DNA of 64,000 bases from Ancylonema sp. (lineage: Eukaryota): contig JBFLGF010000044.1 in assembly GCA_050230475.1 (NCBI GenBank), positions 1 to 64,000 of the forward strand. The letters run 5' to 3'. The notes under the pieces were generated by a model that made no database searches, was not told where the DNA came from, and saw only the letters and a program-made list of their open reading frames with translations. The position numbers and the translations under genes were made by a program. This document shows positions 38,994 through 50,646 of this stretch, piece after piece (position 1 is the stretch's first letter; each line of letters opens with the position of its first letter).

Positions 38994-39946
38994 TAACCAT
39001 TCACAAACGTACTTCTGGCATACGGTACTAGGCACCGTAAATGATTTTAAGTAAACTATTGAAACCCGAAAGTAATCATTCAATTAGTTACCGAATGGTA
39101 GAAAAAGGATACTCAATTTATACAACCCGTTTTAGGAATCATTTACGGGAAATTTGGCCTCACCTGGATGTGACTCTATATGTGATGAAACGCGCTACAC
39201 GACAAGGTGGGCACGTGCAAAAGGACACATTTATGGACGAGCGACATTAACGACGTCACAAACTACGTACCAGGCCCTAAAGTCCCACGGTATGGGAAAT
39301 AACATCGATTAGACGCGCTACACGACAAGATAAGGCCATGCATAACGACCAAATTGTGGCCGGTCGAGATATCGCGATTGGTTCGAGTGCTTACCACTTG
39401 ACTTGTGATGTCAAACTGCACGGTAAATATGTGAGAAGGACTCGTATGCGGGTGGATAAAGGCAAATCATTTGAATTTGAAGTCCCAAACAAGGAAATGT
39501 TTTACGCTTTTTATTCCTACAATCCGGAATCATCACCAAAACTCATTGATGATAACTAACGGATTCATGGAATCATTACCAGAAATCATCGATTGTAACT
39601 AACGGAATCCCGGGATCGTTTTAAAATATCATTACGAAAATAATAAATTTTGGAAAAACGGAAATCATTTAAGATGCCCAGTACGTTACTAAAACTGTCG
39701 ATTATCTATACCACCCGCCACTTTTGGCGGGTCGGCGGATGCATCGCGAATGGGGTAGGTGGATGGCGGGTGGAGGTCGGGTGGGGGATGGGCGCTATAG
39801 CACCCGCCAAAGTGCTGAGGGATTATTAGAAATTGAAAATAGAAACTACAATTCCCTCCCCACCATCATCGCACTATTGTGAATACAACATTGTTCCTTT
39901 TTCATTTATGCATTGAAAGTATACTTGTTTCCTTTCATCACATAAC

Positions 39947-41320
39947 CTAAAATTTAAATATTTCAGCGAGTGTGTTCTTCCTTGTGCTCCACTGTCCACG
40001 AGCATTTGGCGGATGGCGAAGGGTTGAGGTAGGGCCACGGGTACTAGTTGGGCCGGAGGTAGTGGTAGGGCCAGGGTTGAGAATGTTTGATGGGTTTCGC
40101 GCTGGGGTAGGTTCAAGGATAGGGGCTGGTGCAGGGGTGGGAACGGGTTCGATAGGTAGCTCTCCGAAAATGCCGTCCTCCCTTGCCTCGGTTGGTAACC
40201 ATCCCCAATTGCGCATCACTGACTGGACAGTCTCTTCAGTTACAAGTGGGCTTGTAGTCGGGTGCTCCAGCTCTGCTTGGCTGGTTGGCTGCTCTGTAGA
40301 ACTCTCAATCTGTAGGCGTGCACGCTCTTCCCCATGTCTGCTCCCCTCGGCTCTGTCAGGATGTTGATTGGTGGATCGGGGCTTCGGAACCCTTGGCACT
40401 GAACCACTCTGCCTCAACTTCATCCTCTTCCCATCGGCTCTGATCATCGCCATCTTGAACACCTTCTTCCCTCCACTGCGGTTCCTGGCTGGTGTTAGGA
40501 TGTTGCCCATCAGAGACCACAGCCGCTCCACTGCTACTGAGTGAGGCGCAAGTGCTAGGATCCGTAGGGCCAGCTTGGCCAGTTCAGGGGCGGTCGCTTC
40601 CCACGTACTCCAGTACCGATCACCCTTGTCGTCCGCATCATCATCTTCCTGAAAGTAGCCCGTCTTGTTCACGTAGTCCACAAACTGGCCCTGGACCTCC
40701 TTGACCGAGGCATCATTCCATCCCGATGTGAAGCGCTTGTACACCTCGCCCACAAACTTTTGCAGAGATGATGGCTGGCACATTCCGCATGATAGAGGAG
40801 TCGCTTCTCTCATCCATTCCCGACCATCGCTTCTCCAACACATCAGTACAAAATCCTCCATAAGTATTGTACTTTAGGTCCCAGACAGTAGCCGAGGGCA
40901 GGGCAGAGGGTACGGGCAGAGCTGAGGGGCAGGCATAGAGACGAACCTCATTCGTTTCAAGCACCAAAGTTTGCACCTCCGGATTGTCCAATCCCATGAA
41001 GTGGTTGAGAACACATCCCCAATCCTGGCTGTATCTTTCTCAAGATTCAGATTCTCGCACTTCAGAGGGTACACCACGTTTCTGACCTCAAAGCAAAACA
41101 CTAGACTACTAAGTGTCCACAATGAAAACGGAAGCGAAACATCAAGCAGATATACAGCAAGCAGGTCATGGCTACTCACCCGTTCCAACTCTTCCCAAAA
41201 TGCATCATCCTGGCAGCAGTCGACAACCAACTTTGCCTTCTCTTCCAAGGCCGTCGATGGTGCTGCTGCAATGAAGCTCTCGCCTGCCTCGAAACACAGT
41301 GAGTGGAGCGCTCTCCGATT
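39947..41320 (-). pseudogene. Intron-containing hAT transposase remnant (C-terminal dimerisation region)
   Basis: YWSTWEATAPELAKLALRILALAPHSVAVERLWSLMGNILTPARNR. Upstream DDAFWEELER|VRNVVYPL is joined across a GT-AG intron (41179-41087). Frames shift near 40850-41000. Confidence 0.8.
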
Positions 41321-41464
41321 CTAACAAAAAGTAAAAAGAAAAAGTTAGTATTGGGTTTACAGAACCCGAGAAAAAAAAAATATGGACAACCCTTTTCATT
41401 CGATCGTTTCTTATACACCATTGTATCGACAATAAACCACAGTAGCACTATTCAAAAACCTAAA

Positions 41465-44400
41465 ATGGCAACCTACGACCATCATTTTTGGACAACCAAG
41501 GCTACTGAATCTGAGTATGCTCTGAGTGACATACAATACGAGACAAATCTTTTGCATCTTGCTACCAACATCTCCGACGACTACAGGATCTACACATTTG
41601 GGCAGCTACAACTTATGCAGAAGGAAACCGAGGACGAGTTCCGACAACTCCCTCCGGATCTCAAGCGACGGAGAGACGAACATCTGGCGGTCATTCGAGT
41701 CCATCGACAATGTGAATGGAGCAAGATATCGCTGGTACATCTCACCAAAGACTTGGCGAAAGGTGAGGTAACCTGGAAGAATCGAATGTTTCACCAATTC
41801 CAGCGACAACTTCCAGCAGCACCTGCAGCACAACCAATCTCGGCGTACACCAATATGTCGGTAACCAGTACTCCTCAGTATCTGCAGATGACCAAGGAAG
41901 AACATATGCCACAGGTGTAGGTATCTTCAATTCGCTCATGAGTAAGGAAAAAGCTGAACCACAAAGAGAGGTATCGACAACCCTCACCAAAAAGTGTGTC
42001 ACAATCTCACCTGTCGTTGCAAGCCAAGCACCAGGTCCCGTCATCCTTTCACCACCAAAGGTAGAGGAGAAGTGCGCCGTATGTTTTTAACCAGATCATA
42101 TTTGGCAAGATTGTCCTCGTGATCACCTGGCCAAAGAAGAGTGGCAGAAACAACAAGCGGGCATCCCAGTGGTTTTGTAGGGCAGGGTACCAGCAAGTCA
42201 CTCAACAGTCAAACCAGAGAACACCAAGCCAGTCATCGAACCAGATGCACGCATCACCACGAACTGGACGGTGCCTGTCATCGAGAAGAACAAGGATATT
42301 TTCTTCATAGAAGGAGTAGAACCCACAAGAGACACGGTTTTGGACACCGGGTCCGGAGATTGTATGATCGGTGTAACCATGGCGAAACAACTCGGCATCA
42401 CCAAGGCAAAATTAGATCCTGGTGAAGAGTACCTCACCTCGTCAGGACAAACCAATACATCTTTGGGGGTCACCAAGAGGGATTACGAAATCACCATTGG
42501 ACAGGGCAAGTTCAAAACCACAATTCTAGTCCGTTTCACTTTGCCACCCTCTGACAAATACTCGATCCTCTTGGGCAATTCATTTATTGTTCCCATCGGA
42601 GGAATCGTCGACACTTGGGGACACCGCTTCCACTACCGAGTGGATTGGGAAGTAAAAGGGGACACGATGGTATCTGTCCCTATCATCACCCATGGGCTCA
42701 ATGCTACTCAAAAGTTTTACCTGGAAACTTATGGAGTAGTTTACATGAACTAAGGACTTCCACACGACACCACCTACACCATAATGGACACCTTTCTGAA
42801 GAACGCTGACGAAACCATGTTCGCCACGAACGAGGATGAAGACATTCTTGCAGATTTTGAGTTTTTGGTGGCACAAGTTTCTAGATCCGCCGCGTCGTAA
42901 TTGAAAGCAAAAAAGCGCTTTCGTAATTGTCAGTTTCCGTTGTCAGTTTGCGCTCTCTGAATTTCAAGGTTTTTTGTAACATTCCATCCTTCGCAATCTT
43001 TGCGTATTCGTTTGATATCGTTTGCAATTCGTCATTCTTGCTTTCTAGCCATTGACATTTGTGTGCTCCGCAAAAGATTCATCTTTCGCTAACGTGATTA
43101 CTTTACGTGCTATTTTGCTCACGTGTAGTTTCGTAGGTATGTTGTTTCATGTTTTCAATGTAGAAGGGCTCAAGGGCTTTTGAAAGCCTTAAGTGTCTAC
43201 TCATATACATTGGTGGTTCATCGAGAGAATCATTTTTTTCGCACGCACACAAGGAACATAATGTCAAAATCATTGAATACAAACCATCCTCCTCGTGTTT
43301 ATATAATGTTGAAACATCATTGATCGCGTATTTTTAGTTGGGAACCCCACATGTCATGGGAACCCCCAGAGTTGTATTATTAAAAGAAAAAATAAAATTT
43401 GGGTCCCGGACTTCCCGAGGATCTCCGGACACGTCACGGACGCGTCTGGGGCCGGACGAGTCTCGGACGCGTCCAAGATCCCGTAGTTGTAATCCTGCTG
43501 AGAAAAACTACAACAGTTTTCATGGCGAATGTTTGGCACTGATTTGGGCAGTGCAACATTTTCGACAATTTATTTTTGGTCGACCATTCACCCTTATTAC
43601 TGACCATGCACCCTTGAAGTGGATCATGACAACCACCAAGCTGACAGGCAAGTTGGCACGCTGGGCATTATTGTTGCAAGAGTATGAGTTTGACCTGGTA
43701 CACAGGGCAAGCATCGTTAACACACATGCAGACGGTTGTAGTTGGTGCCCCTTACGAGAAGCAATAGCTCTTGACCACGAAATCGATACCTTGGGAGAGA
43801 AGATACCCTGCTATCTCTTTCAACCACCACCGATCTGGGATATCTCACCAAGTTATTTCATTAGCTATCACAAGTACGCAACACACGAGGCGGAACCGAA
43901 ACTTGACATTTGGGATGACAAACCCGTCATGCATCTTCTCAAAACCCACGAGTACCTAACCTGAGTGCCATCGACTTGACAGAGTTTAGCAACGAGGCCT
44001 GAAGTATAAATGGTTAGGCGGTAATATGTACAAGACATCCTCTGGCAAATGCTACTTGTTCCACCACCACCAGAGCGCAAGCCTCTCATCGATACCATTC
44101 ACACACGTTACGGACACTTTGGTGTCAAACGGATGCTTCACGCTTTACAGCAAGATTACTGGTGGCATTGGATGGATGATCATGTCATTCAAGTCATCAA
44201 AGAATGTCCAGCATGTTCTCGTGCAAAAACAAACTTTGCTGATGGACGTACCCAACTACAACCATTACCAATTCGGGGACTCTTCTACCGTTGGGGAGTG
44301 GACTTCGCAGGACCTATGCCAGAAAGTAATCGTAAAAACCGATACGTTATGATCTGCATTTAACATTTCACTAAATGGGTTGAACTTATCGCCTTAACCG

Positions 44401-45710
44401 ACAAATCGTCAAAGTCAACAACACATGCTTTACTCACTCATGTCCTTTCTCGCTTTGGAGCCCCTGGTGAAATCATTACTGACCAAGGCGCGGAATTTGA
44501 AGGGGCATTCACCAACTTACTTGTCGGACATCGAGTTACACATCGTACTACAGCCCGGGAACACCCACAATCTGATGGGTTAGCAGAACGCATGGTTCAA
44601 ACGATGAAACTGTCTTTAAGGAAAATCCTCCTAAAAGAACATCGCACGGATTGGGACATTTACCTACCTTATGTCGCTATGGGGTACCGCATGACAAAAC
44701 AGGCCTCTACCGGGTATTCACCATACTATTTGCTGTATGGAAGACACCCTATCTTCTAGGCACAAATACAAGCAGTTGAACATGACCCCTTACCTGAGGC
44801 ACTCAAAGAATCACCAATATTCATTCTGGAACGCAGTAAACTTTTTGAGGAAGTCATGCCTCTCGCAATGCGCAACCTTGCCATTGCACAACAACGAGAC
44901 AGGCATCAATACTTTCGGGTACACAGTGGGGCATGGGCACGACCGCGTCCTCGTCTCCTCAAACATCAATATGTTTATGTGAAACGTCAACCCAAAGGCA
45001 CACTTGACATCAAAACACATCCAAAAATTATTCGGATTACACAAATCCGACCTTCTGGAAATGTGGAGTTACAAGGTAAAGATGGACGCCGCATCTGGGA
45101 ACAGATGAAAAACGTTTCACACTGTAGCCTCTCCATCAAAGAAGTTCAGATTGACACAAGTCTATTCAACAGTTCGGATCCTACCATCTGCAGACAATGC
45201 GGTTCACGTAACGATGAGAAACATCTCATTTTGTGTGACGACTGTAACGATGGCTACCACATCTATTGCTTGTCACCACCTCTGACTGCCATCCCAGAAG
45301 GGGAGTGGTTCTGTCCGGAACGGTAACCATTGGATTTTCTACATTTGGGGGGGGGGGGGGCATTCACCTCACCCTGCACCCTTGTATTTGATCTTTTTTT
45401 AACCCTTGACTATGTACATTATATTTCACCAGCCTCTACATCATCTGTCCATGTGTCCCAACCTCCGACGTAGAGCTTTCGTACCTGGGGGGGGGGAGTG
45501 AGATCGAGATGATGACCAAAGTCCCAATCCTGATGCTGCTCATCCAGACAAGAATCCAAGTCATCAACCAACACCCGTCAATTTCATCGACGCATAAAAC
45601 TATAAAAAATCAAGTTTTGCAGATGTTTCCAAAATCTGTCGATTTCTTTGTTTTTGAAAGATTTCGTCGACACTCCGTCTGCCGACTCCATCTGGCACGT
45701 CAAGACCGAA
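41465..45710 (+). mobile_element. Degenerate Ty3/gypsy LTR retrotransposon: gag, CCHC, protease, [RT absent; unrelated insert ~42890-43480], RNase H, integrase with C-terminal PHD finger, PPT, LTR start
   Basis: CAVCF*PDHIWQDC (~42073); VLDTGSGDCMIG; AEKNY..ECLALIWAVQHFRQFIFGRPFTLITDH; HTRYGHFG...CPAC; WGVDFAGP; HPQSDGLAER; PHD at 45188-45326; PPT 45487-45498, then TGAGA. Confidence 0.92.
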
Positions 45711-46257
45711 AATTAATGTAACCAAACTAAAATTTGAGAAAGTGAACGAGATTTGAGTGTAAAGTGAACGTAATAAATTGAACGGGTCCGTTCAAAATCA
45801 GAAAAAAATCGGCCTTAAACATCGATATAAAAGTTCAAGACGAAAAGTGAACGGGCCAAAAAAAAAAACTCGGAGGCCGAGCTTAAACCTGAACCAAATG
45901 TGAACGGAATTTTCACTATAAAATAGTTTTGAACCCCTTCTGCTTATTGGATGACGTACAAAAAGAGTGCGTTTTGAAGGTCTTGATGTCAGCTACCGTA
46001 ATAAGAAAAAGACGATTGAATTTGATAAATAAATCTCACGGTACGCTACATTAAGTACGACTACCCAGAAATTTGGCGGGCGGAAGCTCCTCCCCAAGAG
46101 CTTCCCTCCAGGAATTCGTGCAAACTATCCTCGAGGGGGTACCCTCGGAAAATTCGAGGGTACGGTAACTCGACGGGCGATATTAGCGGTTGGATCTATC
46201 CGAAATGAGGTCCCGGTACCCCGCCGCTACCTAGCAGTACACAACTTGCGCCACGAC

Positions 46258-47315
46258 TAGAATGGGCACCCGCCGACCGTCGGCCGGCCGGCCGCCATTG
46301 CACCAGACCTCCTTCCGCCCGGGTTTCCGCCACTCGACCGCGATTGCGCCGTTTAACCGTCCGAACGCCACCCGCCGTCGGACCGCGCACCAGCCGCCCC
46401 CACGGCGGCGGTGGCGGCCAGACTCGCAGGCGGGTGGCGGTCTGAACGGTCGGGTGGCGGTCGGAGGCGTTCGGACGGCGGTCGGGGCGGTCAAAGTTCC
46501 GTTGAATGACCCTCGAGGAAGTTAGCATTGACTGAAGTAGTTTGTTTTGTGTGTGTGTTTTTTTTTTTGTTTTTTTTTTGGTTTTACTTTCTCATTCCTT
46601 TGGTTACATGTTCGGAATAACTTTTTGTGCCCATTGTAGTTGGAGGGCGGTGATGTGTAAAATCAATATTTCTCTAAGCAATGGTCGGATTTTCAACGTT
46701 TCGCTCCTAAGGTGCCATCGTTACTACTTCTATGAGTGCACATCATCACTCCATGAGAAACGGATAATGACAAAAGATTTTAGGCTACACGAACAATAAA
46801 CAGTTTACTTTCACCATCTTTAGTAACTACAAGTTGTAGTACATAACAGTTATGGACAAAAGATTTTGAGTAAAAACAAATATGTACGCCGCGATGTTTC
46901 CACGATGAGAGTACTAGCAATCACTTATTTGTAACTTTATGAAAACCGGTTCCAAATACAAACCGGTTCAAAATAATATATGTTTCAAATCAACATCATG
47001 ATGATTCGCAATACGCGGGATCACAAATCAACATTCACAATCGCGAAAAATCGAGAGTGTACACTACTCGTATAACCTATGCGGACCTACCATTAATATA
47101 TTAAATGTTCCATCATATTTCAAGAAACGCCTCTTGTGTTTTTTCGTTTCTCCCACCGCCGTCCAACCGGTCCAACCGAGGTTGGACGGCGGAATCGCGG
47201 TCGGGTGGCGGAATCGCAGTCGAATGGCGGTCGGGGCAATCGGCGGTGGTCGGAGGTAGTCGGCGGGCGGCCGACCGCCGACCGCAACCGATTCTGGCGG
47301 GCGGGTCCCGCCCTA
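46258..47315. mobile_element. Non-autonomous hAT element (1058 bp)
   Basis: Termini TAGAATGGGCACCCGCC / GGCGGGTCCCGCCCTA; exact 8-bp TSD GCCACGAC at 46250-46257 and 47316-47323; inverted GC-rich subterminal ACCGCC arrays. Confidence 0.88.
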
Positions 47316-48529
47316 GCCACGACAACGAGATGGATGGTTTAGGCTTAAGGGGTTTAGGTGGTTGAGCGGTTTGGTGTGGGACACCCGGTAGTGGTGAACC
47401 CCCACCCAAGCCCAAGATCGCGGATCGGACCCATTTCGGAGCTAAGATCCGAGCCCATATTATATCTATCACACGTCTCATATTGATGTCAGGTGAAATT
47501 CACTACTTAACGCAGAAGGCAAGCTAACAGATGGTTTACAGTACAAAAGTCTGAGAAAATAATGTAAATAAATCAAGATATTCTGGTGCCGACTATCAAG
47601 GTTAACAACCGTAAGAGTTACTTTCGGTGCGAAAGCAAAGTATCGACGGCGTGTCGATAAAAGATGCTGGCTCAGAAAGAGCGTCAGGAGACAGGTGTAA
47701 ACAACAAATGCTGGCTCGGAGCGAGCGACAGCAAACACACGCACACAAATGAAATTGCCGGTTCGGAGCGAACGCGGGCAAATCGACAAATGCTTTACAC
47801 ACACACGCACGCTTGCTAGCTTAGAGAGAGCGTCAGCGAATCGATGTAAGAAATTACAGTCGATAGCAAGGCTGGCTCAAAAAGAGCGTCAGCAACAGAT
47901 GCAGATGAATCACGAATACACACATACACAGATTGCAAAGAACGATTTGCAAACTTATCGTCTGGCTGACGGATGTTAGGCTGAGACGAAAGACGAGCAC
48001 GTTGCAAAGTCGCGTAATCGAAGGGATGCAATATTCACAAAATTGCAAGGATTCAGATAACACACAAAAATATTATTGGAAGAGATTTCTTAACAGCGAG
48101 AGCTGACAGCGGAGGCTGGCAGAGATGAAAGTACAATTGACTTTAATCTCAAAAGTTGTTGCGCGGTGCTAACCGGCATCTTTAACTAGAGGTAGTCTAT
48201 CGAAGCTCACGACACGCTGGCTTCTATAACTTTCAAGTTAATCTCGACGCTACGATGAACCGCGTCAGATCTTATCTTTATCTCTACGCTTGGCTTTATC
48301 GCCGGGAATGTTGACATGTCGAAAGTGACATTGTCGATTTACAAAATATTGGCACGCAGCTATTTGTTGAAACTGCTAAGTTCTAGACTTCTGAAAATAC
48401 GCCCCGCGTTATTTTCAAGTCGTACAAAAAATAGTACTTCACACTTTTCTCAAAAAGTCTTGATTCTCGATCATCGTTAGATCGAATACTCTCGTTGTAG
48501 AGTATTAATCCACAGGGGTTTTTGATGAT

Positions 48530-49826
48530 CAATCTAAAGGGGTTTCTGCCTTAGCGATCTCTAGCGTCATGACGGCTGACGTGCGGTTTGGAGTCGGCCG
48601 CCCGGAATGTTGTACTTTACACTTGCCATGATTTTTCTCAACCGAGTTTCTCTCTTTTGATGTCTTCACAACTTCTTCTCCTCTAAGTTCTAAATGTTGA
48701 TTATCTTGTATAGTCACAATCTTGTATTGCTAAATGTTGGTAATGCCTCATAGTGTCACAAAATGGTATTGTGCTGCTCTCACTCCCCCCCCCCCAGGTG
48801 CGAAATGGTAGTGTAGCAACTGGGTATCAGGAGCAGCGTTCGCCCGTGTGGTCAGAACATAACCATGCACCTTCAGGTATTGTATTGAGCCGTGGTGTGA
48901 GACAATAGATGTGGTAGCCATCGTTACAGTTGTCACACAAAATGTTATTTCTCATCGTTACGTGAACTACATTATCCGCAGAAGGTGGGGTCAGAACTGT
49001 TGAATAGACCCGTGTCAATCTGGTCATCTTTGAGGGATAGGCTACAAGGTGAGATGTTTTTCATTTGTTCCCAGATGCGTCGTCCATCCTTGCCTTGTAA
49101 CTGTACATTTTTAGAGGGTCGGATTTGTGTAATCCGGAGGATTTGTGGATGTGTTTTGAGGTCGAGTGTGCCTTTGGTTTGACGTTTCACATAAACATAT
49201 TGATATTTGAGGAGTCTTGGGCGAGGTCGTGCCCATGCGCCACTGTGAACACGAAAGTATTGGTGCTGTGCAATGGCAAGGTTGCGCATGGCTAGAGGCA
49301 TGACTTCTTCAAATAGTTTACTGCGTTCCATGATGAATTTTGGTATTTCTTTGAGTGCCTCCGGTAAAGGGTCATGTTCAGTTGTCTGTATTTGTGCTTG
49401 AAAGATAGGGTGTCTTCCATACAACAAATAGTACGGTGAATATCCGGTGGAGGCTTGTTTTGTCATGCGGTATCCCATGGCGACATAAGGTATTTAAGTG
49501 TCCTAATCCGAGCGATGTTCCTTGAGGAGAGCTTTCCTTAAAGATAGTTTCATCGTCTGAACCATGCGTTCTGCTAACCCATCAGATTGTGGGTGTTCCC
49601 GGGATGCAGTACGATGTGTAACTCGATGTCCGACAAGTAAATCGGTGAATGCCCCTTCAAATTCCGCGCCTTGATCAATGATGATTTCACCAGGGGCTCC
49701 AAAACGAGAAAGGACCTGAGTGAGTAAAGCATGTGCTGCTGATTGTGAAGATTTGTCAGGTAAGGCGATAAGTTCAACCCATTTGGTGAAATGTTCAATG
49801 CAGATCATAACGTATTGGTTTTTACG
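48530..49826 (-). mobile_element. Second, 5'-truncated copy of the PHD-integrase retrotransposon (integrase core, PHD, PPT, LTR)
   Basis: MICIEHFTKWVELIALPDKSS...HPQSDGLAER...CDNCNDGYHIYCLTPRLNTIPEGAWLCSDH; PPT 48795-48783, LTR from 48782. Confidence 0.92.
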
Positions 49827-50646
49827 TGTTCAATGCAGATCATAACGTATTGGTTTTTACGTGTGGTGATATGGCATTTGGGATTTTAATGCTCTCTCCA
49901 CGTACTCTCTCTCTTTTTGTCAACGTCTTTTCTTCGGGTGCATTTACGATTGTCATGCGATGGGCGTGGTCGATGGTGACGGTGCAGATAAAAATCGCAA
50001 TGTTTGCAGGACCTGTCTTGCGGCCTCTTGTCATTCTCTTCCCTTTGCAACTAAGTAGCAAAATCAATTTCTGAGTTGGGCTCGATCCACTTGGATCCGG
50101 ATTCGGGGCACTCATAGGCTTTCGAAAGTCAACATCGTTCACTCACTCACATTGGTGGTTCACAAGATTTCAAAGGTGAGGTTCGCATTAGGTGCATGTT
50201 GTCGATTGTCAGCGCATCCTTTTGGTGAATACTACGAATCACAAATGCGCATCATGGTAAAATGCGTATGCAAGTCATTGTGCCCCAAACACTCTACCTC
50301 TCCGGAGGGGCAACAAAATCCATTAAAAAAAGCATAAATTCACTGGACGGTTATGTAGCCTCCACTCTATACTTTCTAGCTACGCAATCCTTTAAGATGT
50401 CTAACTATTGTTCGGAAAGAAGATATCCGAGAAGTATCCCGGGGGTCTATATGTACGAACGTACAAATTATGTAAAAAACGTGTGTTTGTGATGATACAT
50501 AACGAACGATGATGAAGGTAGGGATTTTCACAAAAGCCCTTCTCAACAAGAATACTAGTTGTCCGTTCCGTGAATAATTAACATCTCTTCCCCCTCAATT
50601 TACCGTACGTTTGAGAAATAACAAATGTTCCCCTTTCATCATCCCT

